Shown here: one piece after another, positions 1-13,088 of the stretch
Layout: the number at the start of each line of letters is the position of its first letter
Numbering within the stretch: position 1 is the stretch's first letter
Origin: Vicugna vicugna
Taxonomy: Eukaryota
Length of the DNA: 64,000 bases
Reading direction: 5' to 3'
Assembly (NCBI GenBank): GCA_013265495.1
Contig: MU061578.1
Location: 443,308 to 507,307, forward strand
Program-made: the position numbers and the translations under genes
Notes under the pieces: generated by a model
Database searches by the model: none
What the model saw: only the letters and a program-made list of their open reading frames with translations
Told to the model about the DNA's origin: nothing

Positions 1-107
1 AAAGGAGAGGTTTCTCCTGACCCCAACCTCCTGACATCACAGAACAACTTTTCAGGACTTCTTTGATGGAAAAAAAAATGGTTCAGGGTAAATGTGTGCT
101 TTTTTTT

Positions 108-245
108 TTCCCCAGTGAACTGCAAGCTCTTTGAGGAGAGAATCCATAGGTGATCCATGTTTGTAACTACCCACGCTGTCCTTTCATGCCCGCTCCAGCA
201 TCACAAAACGCACTGTCTTGTAAATAGTAGATGCTCATCTAGTGT
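108..245 (+). mobile_element. L2 LINE 3' end fragment
   Basis: 'gaactgcaagctctttgaggagag...aaatagtagatgctca' resembles the L2 3' terminus; heavily diverged, boundaries approximate. Confidence 0.55.
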
Positions 246-734
246 GCGAAGGAGGACAGAAGGAGAGACAAGAAGAAGGAATTTGACACTGATACAATGC
301 CTGCTCTCAACAGGATTGTCTGGACATTTTCCAGATGGAAAAAGTTTTAAAAAATATTTGGATATGCAGATCACAAAGTGAGAGAGATGATTAGGACTGG
401 GAGTCACTGAATCAAGGAGGAAACTGAGAACAGGGACCAGAAGAGCATCACATGCAGCCCAGGCCGGCTGCATCAGCCTGTGGTAACATCTGATTGTTGT
501 TGGTACTACATCCCTTCCTTACGATTCCCTTCCTACTCAGCCTCCGTGTCTCAGGGCATCCATGACACACACACTCAGTCCTCCCTCCCTTCCCATCCAC
601 CCCTGCCCCATTTTCTCACTCTCTGGCTCTTGCTACTGGTCACTTCCACCCAGAAAACCTGGCCAAATCCTGAGTTGGAATACAGCCACTGTCTGCATCT
701 GTGCTCAACTGTGTGCAGCCACAGTGAGAGCTGA

Positions 735-960
735 TTTAGAACAGGGATTGAGAGCATGGTCCCCGAGCCACGCTGTTAGGGTTTAATTCCTTGCTTGCTC
801 TGCTGCTTACTGGACGTGTGACTTTAACTTCTCTCCACCTCACTTTACTCCTTCAGAAAATGGGGCTAAAAGCAATCATAGGACCTATCTGAGGGGTGGT
901 TGTGAGGAAGAAATAACATTTAGAACCGTGTCCGGCACCTAGTCATCATCCCATAACTGT
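735..960 (+). mobile_element. MIR SINE
   Basis: Core-like 'tgtgactttaacttctctccacctcactttactccttcagaaaatgggg...ggttgtgagga...gtgtccggcacctagt'. Confidence 0.75.
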
Positions 961-1744
961 TTGTCCCTGGTTGGAAAATCCTGAAAATTGTTTATTCTAC
1001 CTAGAATGTGAGTGAAGCCATATATATTTTTTCTTTTCCTGGCAACATGCGACTTGTCTTTCCATCTCAGCCGAAATGACACCATCTCTTGGAAATACTC
1101 CTTCAGCCGTTCATCCTTTGTGCCTCTTTAGTGCTGGGATCAGACGCATCAGTAGACAGGACAGCTGTGCTCTGTATTAGAGAGTTCATCTCTCCCACTG
1201 GACTTCTTAAGTCCACGGGGCTTCTTAGGAGCAGGCACTGTGAACTACACACTGTTTTATCTCAATCCTGTGGTCTCTCCACAAAGCGACCCTTGTCTCT
1301 CTGGACAGCACAGGTTTGGCTCGGTGGGTAAGCAAGGGCTTTGGGAAAAGACAAGTGTGGTCTCATCTCCCACCTATGCACCCTCACTGTATCAGCGCTG
1401 TGGGCCCCATGTCCATGTTATTTCCCCCCCGTTCACAACCACTGCCTGAATTTGGACTTCTCTGCTGCTTCAGCTGGACCTCTGCCGATCATGCCAGACC
1501 ATTCCTATTTTTTTTCCTTGTCTCCAACTACTCCTTCTTCCCATAGGCCCTACATACTGCAAGATAAATCTTCCTAAAATGCAAATCCAATTATTGCTTA
1601 CCTCCCTGTCTCTCCCATTGTAAATGGATTATATCTTTCCTTCTGCCCACAGTCCCAGAATAATGTCTGATGCAAAACAGGTGCTCATGTGACTGAAATT
1701 GACTTTTCCCCTTATGTTTATATCCTCAGCCCTTAGAAAAGAAC

Positions 1745-2090
1745 AATCCATATGTCCACCAGGAGGGTAACAGATAAACAAACAGTAGTATATTCATAGA
1801 ATGGAACTGTGAACTGAAGATAACATCAAAGAACTAGATCTCCTTGTATTAGCCTGGATAGATCCCCAAACAGAATCTTGAGAGAACAAAGTCAACTTCA
1901 GAATGATCTGCAGAGTATATGCATTTTATCTAAGTGAAAAACACTCTACAACACTTTCTACTTTAATGGTTAGTCAATGTATATAAAATATGGACCACAT
2001 ATACAAAAACATTTACTATTACCTCTGGAGGAGAGGTAGAAAAATGCCATTGAAGGAAGGTAGTATGTAGAGCTTGGCTTTATTTACTAT
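1745..2090 (+). mobile_element. Old L1M (L1ME-like) 3' fragment
   Basis: 'aacaatccatatgtccaccagg...gataaacaaacagtagtatattcatagaatggaa' matches the L1 ORF2 end/3'UTR pattern. Confidence 0.65.
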
Positions 2091-2092
2091 GC

Positions 2093-2205
2093 ATATATAT
2101 ATATATATATATGGATAAAGATGAGAGAGAAAGAGAGAAAGAAAGAAGAAGGAGAAGGAAGAGGAAGGGCAGGAAGAAGATGAGGCGAACGAGGAGAGGA
2201 GAAAC
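2093..2205. repeat. (TA)n microsatellite followed by a GA-rich purine tract
   Basis: Seen directly. Confidence 0.9.
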
Positions 2206-3689
2206 CCAGGGATGGGAAGAAATCTGAATGAACTAAAGTGCAGAAAGAGCTGAGCTATTCATAGGAGAGAAGAAACCCCTGGATTCCTTTTCCCCAGGGC
2301 AAGGCCGGAGGAGCACACCTGCTGTAGACTGAAAGGAGAAATCAGCCAAACGTCTCCGACCATGTGGTCTGGTGCGATGGACGAGCACCTGGTGCAGCTC
2401 CGGTCACAGAGTGAGCCTGCGCTACCTGAGGACCCGCTACCTGAGGGGCTCCTTTCAGTGCACAGAGGCTGCCTGGGGAGACTGGGACAGCAGCGCTTAG
2501 AGGAAGATCCTTTGCTGAGTGCTTGGCAGTGACCCGCAAAGGTCTGAAGAGCTGAGGGAAAACCCTGAGGCACCGCTGAGTGTTGGAGTGGCTAGAGAGG
2601 AAGGCTGGATGGGCCAGAGCACCCAGACCCATGCCCAGAGGCACAGGCTTCATCAGACTCAGGCAGCAGCCCCAGGACCATTGCCGGAGTCAGAGCAGGC
2701 CAGGGTGGGGCTGCTGACAGAGAGGATCCCTCAGCGCCCCTGAAGGCTGGAGGCTCTGTGAAGCGGAGTGAGATCTCTAGGGTCTGGCCAGTGTCCAGAT
2801 CCCAAAACCTGTTAAGGGAAAGTCCTGATCTTCCTCTGAAAACTTCTGAAGCCAGTGGTGGGCTGAATCTAATTACAGCCGAGATGGAATCTCGACTGTT
2901 CCAACTCAGATCTTGTGGACTCAGCCCCAACTTCAGTCACTAGACAGAGAAAGAGACATTCATTTTCCTGGGACAAATCGTGTCTTCCTCAGCCTCTGCT
3001 GTTCTTTTCCAGTGTCAGGCACAGATATATGGAGCTCAAGCAATATTGCTGAATGAATGAGTGAGTGAGTGAGTGAGTGAGTGAATGAATACATGTCTTT
3101 GCTATTCATCTTCTGGGTCACATCGCTGGTAGAAAATCAGTTACCAATTTGAGGCTAAAAAGCCCTACTTAGTAATAATGATTTGGCCCTTTTTCCACTT
3201 CTCTTGGAAACCCACAGTGGTCACGAGACACATTTTTAAGTAAAAGTGAGCAAAACCAAGTGGATATTTTATAACTCTGAATTTATCCAATTTAGAGGGC
3301 TGACATTAATCTAATGGCGTCTCCTTATTTTCCTGGTGTTCAAATGCTCTTTCTTCCATGAAATTATGATGTTCAATAGCTGCTTTAAAAGATGTACTTA
3401 ATTAGCAAAATGAAAATTTGGCTCCTCTAGGAGGGCCCCCTAGACGTGCTGAACTTATTTTTATTCCTCCAGTGATCCAGCCTTTCCCTCTCTCACCACG
3501 CCTCACCACTGAGCCGAATGAATTCATTATTCAGGGCTTGGATTAAAAAATTTGCCCACTTCTAGAAATATTTCCTGACTCTGCAGACTTTCTTGATCTT
3601 CCTGTAATAGATGCCTCTTCTGTTTGTCACTTTCCAGAACACTCATGCCACACGTTTTTACTAAGTCAAGGTTAGTCTCCTCCATCCCA

Positions 3690-3810
3690 AGTAGACTATA
3701 ATCTTCACGAGCACAAACATACTGTTTATTTTTCCTACCAGTGAATCCAAAGCACAATACCATGCATGGTAGGTGCTCAGTAGAAATATTTGCTACATAA
3801 ATGAATGAAC
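3690..3810 (+). mobile_element. L2 3' end
   Basis: 'tagactata...catggtaggtgctcagtagaaatatttgctacataaatgaatgaa'. Confidence 0.7.
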
Positions 3811-4039
3811 TGAGCCACAGCAAATTTAGGGAAAAGGGCTGGTTTCTTTGTTTACCTTAGTTACCCCCAAATCTACACCCAGCACCTCTTATAATTCCCA
3901 GCCCCATCTTCCTTGGGAATGACAATGTGCAGGTGAGCTGATGATAAGGCGAGCTTATGGCTCATTCCTGCTCAGCCTTCTGCCTTGCAGCACCAGTGTA
4001 TTATGCACAGAAAAGAGGAGCCAAGCAGATGTTTTATGT

Positions 4040-4240
4040 GCACTTACTTTAAGTTATCTCAGCCATTTCTCATAAGGATTTGGTGAGTTGCTGTTTTATT
4101 AACCTCATTTTATTCATGAAGAAACTGGGGCTTCAAAAGATTAAATCACTTATTTGCCCCAGTTCATGCAACTGTATATGGTGGGGCTGGCATCAGAGCT
4201 CAGCTACATCTGGTTGCCAAGACCACACATTTTCCACCCC
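4040..4240 (-). mobile_element. MIR SINE
   Basis: 'cctcattttattcatgaagaaactggggcttcaaaagattaaatcactt' is the reverse MIR core. Confidence 0.7.
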
Positions 4241-4873
4241 CTTATCTGTGGCCCTCATCATCTCCATCTCAGAGAGGCACCCAGTCCTCATTCACTCTTT
4301 GCATTTGCACAAGAAAAGTGAGAAGTCCCATGATCCTTTCCTGGGTGCCACTCACCCCTCCTCCTCACTGCTGGCACTGTTTGGTGGCACGGTAGGCACT
4401 GTCTCCCAAGCATTCAGTAGGAAATCATTCTGCGTTGCTAGGAAAATGAAACAATGCAAGTCATAGGAGATCCTCAGTGACACTGAGAAATGAGGAGCCG
4501 CCATGAGGGTCGCATGGCTAGATTTATCTGCCTGCCAGCCAAGTACAGACTACCCTTCTCGTATTTTTCCTGGAAAAGGTGGAGCTTTAACTGTGGTGCA
4601 TAATAAATCCATATACATCAAAGAGCAACCCTGTGGAGCAAACCAGGAGTGCCAGCCGTGGGACTGGGTGGAGGCAAAGTCTGGTTCTCTGTAGCCAGTC
4701 CAACTGGAGAAACCGTGGAATCATGAATGCCGTGAGCTGGAAGGGTTCTGGCTACCTAGTAGCCAGGTAACCTTCTCACTAACATCCCTGAGTGCTGAAT
4801 ATGGTCTCTTGGAAATAATTCTTTGACTTGAGGTTCCCTATTTGCTAAATGACCCATCGCTGGACATCCTGAT

Positions 4874-5500
4874 CAGTGTTTCCCACAGCATGGGATGCAC
4901 CTCTGAAGGGATGTTGGATAGAGATGACATATATTAACTGATATTAATTCTCCTAGAGTGACAGTGATGTCCTTCTGATCTCACTGGCATTTCTTCAGTC
5001 ATCACAGACATGATCTCAATACTCCCTAACACCTCTCTAACACATTCTAATCTTTCTTTTTTTATGTTAAGTTACCATTTTTTGTAACTTTATTTCACTC
5101 TTCGCAAGTTTTACCTACCTGTGAGATGTACATAATACAATTTCTTTTTTAACATGAAGATGATATGGGTAATTCAGTTTATGCAGTTTCAGGTAGTAAT
5201 TAAGTGTGCATTTTATGACATTAATTCTTGTCTACTCTTTCTTTCTAACAGAGGTAACAGCCCTCAGACCAGATAGAATTCCATAGCATGTTATTTTCAT
5301 CTTATTTACTTTTTATTCTTTACTCCCATTTATGATGAATGGTAATGTCTGGTGATGCTAGAAGGTATTCTTTAAAAATATACTTATTTTTATTTAATAA
5401 GAAAGTCAGTTTAAAGCAAAATGGACAAAAACATAGCACAGGTTTTCTGCAGATATAGTGAAAGTGGTCCAAAAAGATGACTGAGATTTGGGAAACCCAG
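4874..5500 (+). mobile_element. MER113-like hAT-Charlie non-autonomous DNA transposon, interrupted at ~5060-5230
   Basis: Termini cagtgtttccca / tgggaaacccag; internal 'taacacctctctaacacattctaatct' and 'atgactgagatttgggaaac' match the recalled MER113 consensus. Confidence 0.75.
5060..5230 (-). pseudogene. Short orphan retroposed RNA 3' end (truncated retrocopy or orphan transduction)
   Basis: Flanked by tctaatctttcttt (5046-5059) / tctactctttcttt (5231-5244); minus-strand AATAAA about 25 nt before a short A tail; source not recognised. Confidence 0.6.
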
Positions 5501-6007
5501 CTTCTGACTATTTCAGCATCATTCTGAGATGGTCCCTAACTCTGACTCCCTTCAGCTTCTATCCAGAGTTCCAGTAACAAGTTCAGACTGTCACTGTTTA
5601 TCTCTTCTTCCATTAAACTGAGGTCCTGATAGTAAAGAAGAGATGATATTACTAAGAGCCTTTCCTCTCAAGAAAGAAATCTCATTCCCTTGACTATTTT
5701 CTTTTTTTATGATGAGCTTCCATGTTCCTCCCACTCTGCTGACCTTCTGCTGGGCAATTCCCGTGGTTTACCCTCTCTCTTAAAGGGTGCTGTGCAGAGC
5801 TAAACGTGTAATACCAGGTTTTGTGGGTCACTGCACACAAAGTACCTCATTTCTCTCATTCTAGCCATTTTCCCACTTAATACAGCTCACGATTACCTTG
5901 AGGTCCTTTGGTTTGCTTTTTTGTTTGTTGTCATTGCATGTGCCATTGATACTGCCACACAAGTCAGCGTCTATGAAAATTCCTAGATGCTCCCCCTTGT
6001 ACCTGCA

Positions 6008-6156
6008 TGTCTGTACCTGTATCTCCATCTCTATCTCCATCTCTGTCTGTCTATCTGTCTACCTACCTACCTATCTATTTTTCTCTACATTTTTCTCAAT
6101 CATATATCTGTCTATCCAACCATCATCTGTCTGTCTGTCTGTCTGTCCATCTATCT
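6008..6156. repeat. Compound (TCTA/TCTG/TCCA/CCTA)n microsatellite
   Basis: Seen directly. Confidence 0.9.
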
Positions 6157-8294
6157 AAGAACTTCTGGGCCATTATGTTTAACACAGACTTAGTACATCA
6201 CTCAAGCTTCAAAGTCAGATTCAAATAAGACTTCAGTTCTGACTCCGGCACTTTCCAGCCATAGATCTTGGGTCATGAAGCTGTTGCCCATGAGACTCAG
6301 TTGTTGACTAATGATCTCCAACTATGGACTTACTCCACCTAGTATTTAGGTACAATGACACCAAAGTATTTATTTGTCCTTGGATCCATGCAGGGTTTAT
6401 ATAAGGGGCTCTGTTTTTTGTTTGTTTGTTTGTTTTAATCCATCTACACTCCTGTAAAGTAGAAAGAAAACAGAGAGCAGCAGCTACTTGGGTCTGTTAG
6501 AGACCGAGGAAAACTGATCCCAAAAGGAAAGTTTATATTTAAGACTAGCAATAAATATCACAATGCTGTTGTTCCACCTATCTCCCAAAATGCACTGAGG
6601 CCTTATTCTGCACAGGACGGGGTAGCACTGCATCAGTCAAGACCTTTCTCATCTCAGCTGAACTAGGTAAAGAGACACTGGAGATACTTCAGGAGACAGA
6701 GAGAGCCAGGCGCCCAGAGAGGCCAGCCTGGAACTGGGACGGCATCGTTAGCTAAGGCTGCCTCTCCATTTCCGCAGGGCTCCAGGGCATGTCTGCTCTG
6801 TTTGTCGTGCTTTCCATTTCTCCATAGCTGTTTCATTTTGCTCTCTCAGAAGCCATGTTTATCTTCACAGCTCCTTGGCTCCAACTGAACCCCGATCTGA
6901 GACATCAAGGATTCTGACCATTACTACTGGGTGAGCTTTTACTTCTAATGCAGCCAACTCTAAGGCGGAAGGGGATGCTGGTCAAGTTTCTTTCATATAC
7001 GTGTGACAACAGAAGCCCACCCGGAGGGTGGCAGAAAGTCATTAGAAAAGTGGGACTGTAGGATGACCAGACACCCCCAAAACTGTCCACTATATGGGGA
7101 TATATAGAAATATAGACCATGTTGCTCTGAGATCTTCTTTTTTATATGTCACTATAGAAAAGTGGAGATATGGTCACAGGAGAAGGCTGGGCTAAGGCTG
7201 ACTACCTCGTTTTACACAGTCACGACCCAGTGTGAGAAATTTTATTTGCTTTATGAGATGGTGATTTTTAAATTCTAACTCTAGCCTGTCCTATCTACAC
7301 ACAACCTCCCTGGCACTAAAATCCTCTCTTCACACAATCCTGAAATATATTATTTTACCAATCCAAATATGTCAGGGATTTTATTGCATTTGCATTTCAA
7401 ACCCGATAAAATCATTTTCTGGGTGACATTTTTCCTTGAAGGCAACTCCAAATTGAATATTTTTTCCCTTGTTATCTCTCTTCCCCTTTCCAGTCCAACT
7501 TCACTTTCAGATTGCAAATCATTCAATATCAAGAGAGAGAGACAATGATCCACTGTTGCTATCTCTCCCTCCCTGGTGTGTGGAGAGGTTCAGCTCTGTA
7601 TTTCCAACTCAGGTATATACTTAGAGAAAATGTTTTGCCAGCACCTTCAAATATCTTTATCACCCATATCTCACAAGTTGATCAGGGCTTTTTACCAAAT
7701 ACTCTCAGTGAGGCCTCCTACCAAGCGCCAAAGAAATTAAGATGCAGAGAGACATTCATATTTGGATTTCAGATTCCATCCTTTATCTACGACACCCATT
7801 TTTAAAAATTTCCTTTAAGCCCCTGTAACAAAGGATATAAGGTTGGAGTCAGATGGTTCTGGATGTGAAACCCTTTTTGTAAGTGACAAACGAGAATAAT
7901 AAAGACGAAAACATATGGTAATTGAGACGATGCAATTAAGTAACACCTAGCAAAGCGCCACCTATGAACGTCAGCTACCATGAAGTTCTTTTTGATCAGT
8001 TTCATATCATCTCCCACCAAACCTCGGAGATCTCGGGAAGGGCTCTAGTACAAACCATTTATACTAGGAAACTCCCGGTTCAGTAAGGGAAAAAAAAGTG
8101 AGACTTGGAATCAGAACACTGAGTGACACAGACTGCGTTACTTAATCTCCTAGACCTTTGGTCATCACGCTGTCAACGGTGGCAGGAATATCTCCAAGTG
8201 ACAGGGGGCGTTGAGAGGACACAAGTAACCGTGCTGCTCAGAACAGCTTTGTGACTTTCAAAGCATCACCCTTGCCATTGTTAATAAGAGATGA

Positions 8295-8480
8295 TTCACA
8301 TAGAACGCCTGCCATGTGCCAGGCGCTGTGCTAGAATTTGATACGCTTTGTCATGTGGTGTTTTTGTTACAATCCTCTGCAGGTCGCATCCTCTCTTACT
8401 TGACACATAAAGAAATCGAGGCACCCAAGAAATCAAACGTTTACCTGTGTAAGTAGCAGAGCCAGAGTTCATCCCCAAGT
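8295..8480 (-). mobile_element. MIR SINE
   Basis: 'gcctgccatgtgccaggcgctgtgctag...aagaaatcgaggcaccc...gtaagtagcagagccagagttc'. Confidence 0.75.
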
Positions 8481-9050
8481 TGTTGTTTTTAATGTCCTTG
8501 TCAATGTATTCACTCTGCCAGAAGTATGGGTCTTTTAAAACCTAAAATTAAAAGGGAAAACAAATGGAAATTATTATGAAAGAAGAGAAAAGAAATTTAG
8601 CACTCAGAGAATGATTTTCTTGGCACTTCCTCAAAAATACTAATTGAAAACTTGTTTAAATACCCAGGACTGTCATCCAGATGGTGAAACATATAATTAA
8701 AATAATTACCCTAAATCTGGCAATCTAGAATTATCATTTATTATTATTAATATAGCATCTATTCAGACAGAATTAACTTTTTTTTTTCCATTTCAAATTT
8801 ATTCTGTAGTATTTAGCCCAGCCAGATGGGCATGAGGATTATCTGTCTTTTGGATAAAGTCTTTATAATGGGCTCACTTATATTAACATTCATTCGTACA
8901 GGGTGCTTCCTCAGGTATGGTATGATTCACCCAGTGGTCCTGCAAGAGTGGGTAATCATATTCCCATTTCAAAGATGGGGATATTCGTGCCCTACAGAGC
9001 TATGCCACATGGCAGCTAAACCATTGGGCAGAGATTTGGTTCCTTAACTC

Positions 9051-9434
9051 TTTTTTTTTTTTAATTGAAGTACCATCAGTTACAATGTGTCAATTTCTGG
9101 TGTTCAGCACAATGTCCCATCATGTATACACATACATATATTCATTAAAGATTATTACAAGATATTGACAATAGTTCCCTGTGCTATATTATATACAATA
9201 GCCAAGACATGGAAGCAACCTAAATGTCCTTTGACAGATGACTGGATAAAAAAGCTCTGGTATATGTGTATATATAGTGATATATATATAATGGAATACT
9301 ACTTAGCCATAAAAAAGAATAAAATGCATTTGAAGCAACACAGATGGACCTAGAGATTCTCATTCTAAGTAAGCCAGAAAGAGAAACAAAAATACCATAT
9401 GATATCACTTATATGTGGAATCTTAAAAAAAATG
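9051..9434 (-). mobile_element. 5'-inverted truncated L1 (twin-priming structure) inserted in the end of a MIR
   Basis: Poly(T) plus antisense L1 3'UTR 9051-9188, then sense ORF2 end (IAKTWKQPKCP..DDWIKKLW) 9190-9434; TSD tccttaactctt / ttcttaattctt. Confidence 0.85.
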
Positions 9435-10719
9435 CTTTCTTAATTCTTAAGTCCACTCAGACATGAACTTTTTGAATTATGAAGATCAAAGAAATAAAAT
9501 GAAATGAACGTGCCAGGGTGTTAAATACCAGCCTTATGTATTGGAACAAAACCCTGGGAAGCATCTAGATTCCCAACATTAGGAAGAGGGTTGTTCCTCC
9601 TCTGGCTGTTCTTTTATATATAATTGTACTTCCTATAGTTGAACTCTTGTTTGCTAATTTGATGGCACAATATACAGTGATTTGAAATGTTTTCAAAAAG
9701 TATGTGATATGTAATCACATTTGTTATATATACTTATATATTGTGCTTGTTACACATTGTTGGGTGAAACAAAAACTACAGTTCAAAATTACACATAATG
9801 GATGATTATAATATTCAGAAAATTAACAAAAAGGAAATTCATTGAACTGTGAGCAGAACCTGTACTTAATAAGACAAATTTTTTTTCTTTTTAAGTTTTC
9901 ACATTTTTTACATTGTAGGTGATGATCCTAATTTTATAATAACAATGAACACTGATGGGTTTTAAAATGTTCATCTGCAGATATCCAAGCACAACTAGAA
10001 AGGTTACCTGATTCCAAGACAGCGTCTGTACTAATGACCAAGGAATGTAAATGACAGGCCTTCGGGCATTCTCATTTCCTTTCTAAGGTGTCTTACAGCT
10101 TGGTAAGCTGCATAATTTTGTGGATTTCATTGGCTGCTTTACTAACATATTAATTTTGTTTCTCTCTGCCGGAAATACCAACTGCTGAGGGATTGGAGCT
10201 ATTTGCCTATTTGTTCTGATTAGAGAGGAGAGTGTTATTATGCCATCTCGAATAATTAGGGTTGACTTACTGGAGAAGGTAAATGAGTTGAGGGACATGG
10301 TGGGATGGCTACCAAGGGAGAAGGTGATTTCAGGCATGAGAAACCATTCAGCAGAAGGGCATATGAAGTGGGAAGGTTCCTGCCACCATTGCCAGGTCAA
10401 TTTTGCTTAAAGACAAAAATAAAAAACAACCAATCAAAAGAATGTAAAATCCTGCTATCTGGTTCCTTCTTGGCTCAACAACAATGAAAAACTCCCCCCA
10501 TAAGTCAAGATTCCTCGGCCTGGGGAGTGGGATGGTAGAGACAGATGAGGAGGAACTTTGGAAATGGGATAAATAGGTTCAGAGCTCAGGTTGGCCAGCT
10601 GCTAACACAGACAAGATGCTTAACATTTCTGAATGTCAAATGCCTTATTTGTCAAGTGAGAATAGTGTGAAGCGGAAAGGAAAGTTTGGGGATTACGGAC
10701 CGAGGCTAAGATGCTGGAC

Positions 10720-11210
10720 CGCCACTTCCTTCCTACGTGGCCCCTCCCCCTTCCCACATGTTTACCACCCATGGGATCCTCTTCATGTTCCTCAAATACT
10801 CCATGTTCTTCTTTTTTCCTATGGTGTTTTGAAAAGTTGTTTACTCTGTTGGAAATGACCCCAACTTTTCCTCCATTCCCTCAAGTTTTGTATGCTCCCC
10901 TGTCCCCTCTTTACTTAGGTAAGTCCTCCTAGCCTTCATATCGATTTCCCTTTTTCTGAGCCCCATACCAGGTGAGACCCCACCACAGTCATAGATCCCA
11001 TAACCTCAGGTATCATTCCACCAGAGAACTTATCATAGTTTATAATGCTTTGTTTGTGCGATTATCTGACAGCGTCTTTCTTTCTACTAGAATGTAACTT
11101 TGAAGAGGAATAGGGCTGTTCGCTCCTAATTCACTTCCTAATATCTAGTACAGTGCCTGATCTAGTTTATTCTAAATATGTATTTGAAAAATAAATGAAC
11201 AAATGAAGGA
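10720..11210 (+). mobile_element. L2 LINE 3' region
   Basis: Pyrimidine-rich body ending 'ctactagaatgtaactttgaagagg...atctagtacagtgcctg...aatatgtatttgaaaaataaatgaa'. Confidence 0.7.
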
Positions 11211-12574
11211 AGTAAAGGCGACAACATTTTCTGTCTTAACTTCCTTGATCCTGGAAGCCAGCTCTGAGCAGCAGGAATGATGATCAAAGAAAATAATAAA
11301 TAATGAACAGTACTGTCAGTATAAAACAAATCAAGTAATATTCTTTTGTAGGGTTAACATGAACCAAAGTACTGGGCAAAGATACACTAATATACTATCA
11401 ACTGGGTGGACGGTGATTTAAGTTAAAGCATTATAAATTTTGTATAATATTTAATAGGAAGTTAAAGAGAGATACACTTTAGACTTTATTAAGTATGTCT
11501 GCTATAATTTCAGAGTAACCACTAAGACATCTGAAATAGAGAATGGCACTCACAAACCAGTAAAGAACAAAAAAGAAAATGGAGATAGGATAGATGGGAA
11601 GCTCAATTAGTCGTAGAGAAGAAATGAAAAGAAAAGGAATAGAAAAACATAGAATAAATAGGCGAAACTTCAAAGAAAAAGTCTAAGTAAATATGGCCAT
11701 GACCTTTTAGGGGGAAATTTGAATTTTATGGAGCCATTAAAGAGGACTTACATAAATGGGTAGATATCTCATTTCCAGGGAGATTTAGTAATGCCAAAAG
11801 AAGCCAATTGTCCCCTAAATTGGTCCAAAGATCCAATTCAATAGCCAGTAAAGTTCCTACAGTGTCCTTTGTGGAACTTAACATACGATTCTAAGATTTA
11901 TAGGGAAGAATGAGGGGCCAAACTAGTTAAGAGGTACCTAAAAATAAAATGGTGGAATAACTGCCCAACTCAATTTGAGTTCATAAAAAAGTATAGTTAA
12001 GACCATGTGGGTATGATACAGGGATGCTCAGATGCAATGTATCAGAAGAAAGGAGAAACAAAAAAAGTGTCTGTAGAAACAGACCTACATGGATATGAAA
12101 GCTTCATATCTGAAAGAAAATACAAAGTGTCTATCAGTGAGAAAAAGGGAGTCTCTTAAATAAACCATGTCCTCACAACAGATTATACACTCAGAGAGTG
12201 AGAGAAAGAGAGGGAGAGAGAGAAAGAGACAGAGAGAGAGAATCTTCACCTTTCATCTTTTTTCCCCAGGAGAATCAAATATTTAAATAGGAGACTCAAT
12301 TTTTAAACCTTAAGGGTAAAAAATAAAGAAGAATGTCTTTACAACACCTGAGTAAGGTAGGATTTCTTAATCAAGATGCAGAACCATAGCCACAGAGAAA
12401 AAGATTCATAAGTTTGGCTATGCCCACACGTAGAACTTTTGGTCCTAAAAATATGAAGCTCAGTGCAAAACTCAAAGCAAACCACAAACTGGGAGAGGTA
12501 GTCAGCAACACATAAAACTGACAAAATGTTGGTCTACATTGAAAACTCCCCAAGACTCAATAAGGAATACCAAA

Positions 12575-12576
<2 letters not shown>

Positions 12577-12604
<28 letters not shown>
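12577..12604. repeat. (AAT)n microsatellite
   Basis: Seen directly. Confidence 0.95.
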
Positions 12605-12605
<1 letters not shown>

Positions 12606-12855
12606 GGAAAAAGTAATAATAAAGGGACAAAACTCTTGACTTTACATTCCCAAAAGAGAAAGGACGATGGTCACCCTCACTGATAATCAGAAAAATGCAA
12701 ACTAAAGCCACGATAAAATGTTTACATGAACAGTTTGACACAACTTATAAGTTTGAAAATATAGATATGGAGAAGGGACGCTCAACGTACGACTGGTGGC
12801 TGGGAGCGTAAATATTTGCAGCTGCTTAAGGATACGAATGTCATTATATTATATA

Positions 12856-13088
12856 GAGTTGATCTTTGAACAACATGCGTTTGAACTGCACGGGTCCACT
12901 TATACATGGATTTTTTTCAATAGTAAATACTACAGTACAACATCACCTGAAATTGTTTGAATCTGTGGATGTGAGGAAACTCAGATATAGAGGAACCTTG
13001 GATACAGAGGGTCGATGATAAGTTATACAGATTTTTGACTGTGTGGAGGGTCGATGCCCCAACCCTTGAGTTGTTCAAGGATCGACTG
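12856..13088 (+). mobile_element. MER8 (Tigger2-derived MITE), full length
   Basis: TIRs gagttgatctttgaacaac / gttgttcaaggatcgactg, TA on both flanks, 233 bp, internal 'gtttgaactgcacgggtccacttatac'. Confidence 0.88.

Noticed and set aside
5898..6228. Three overlapping ORFs
   Set aside because: Artefact of a stop-poor TCTA/TCTG microsatellite
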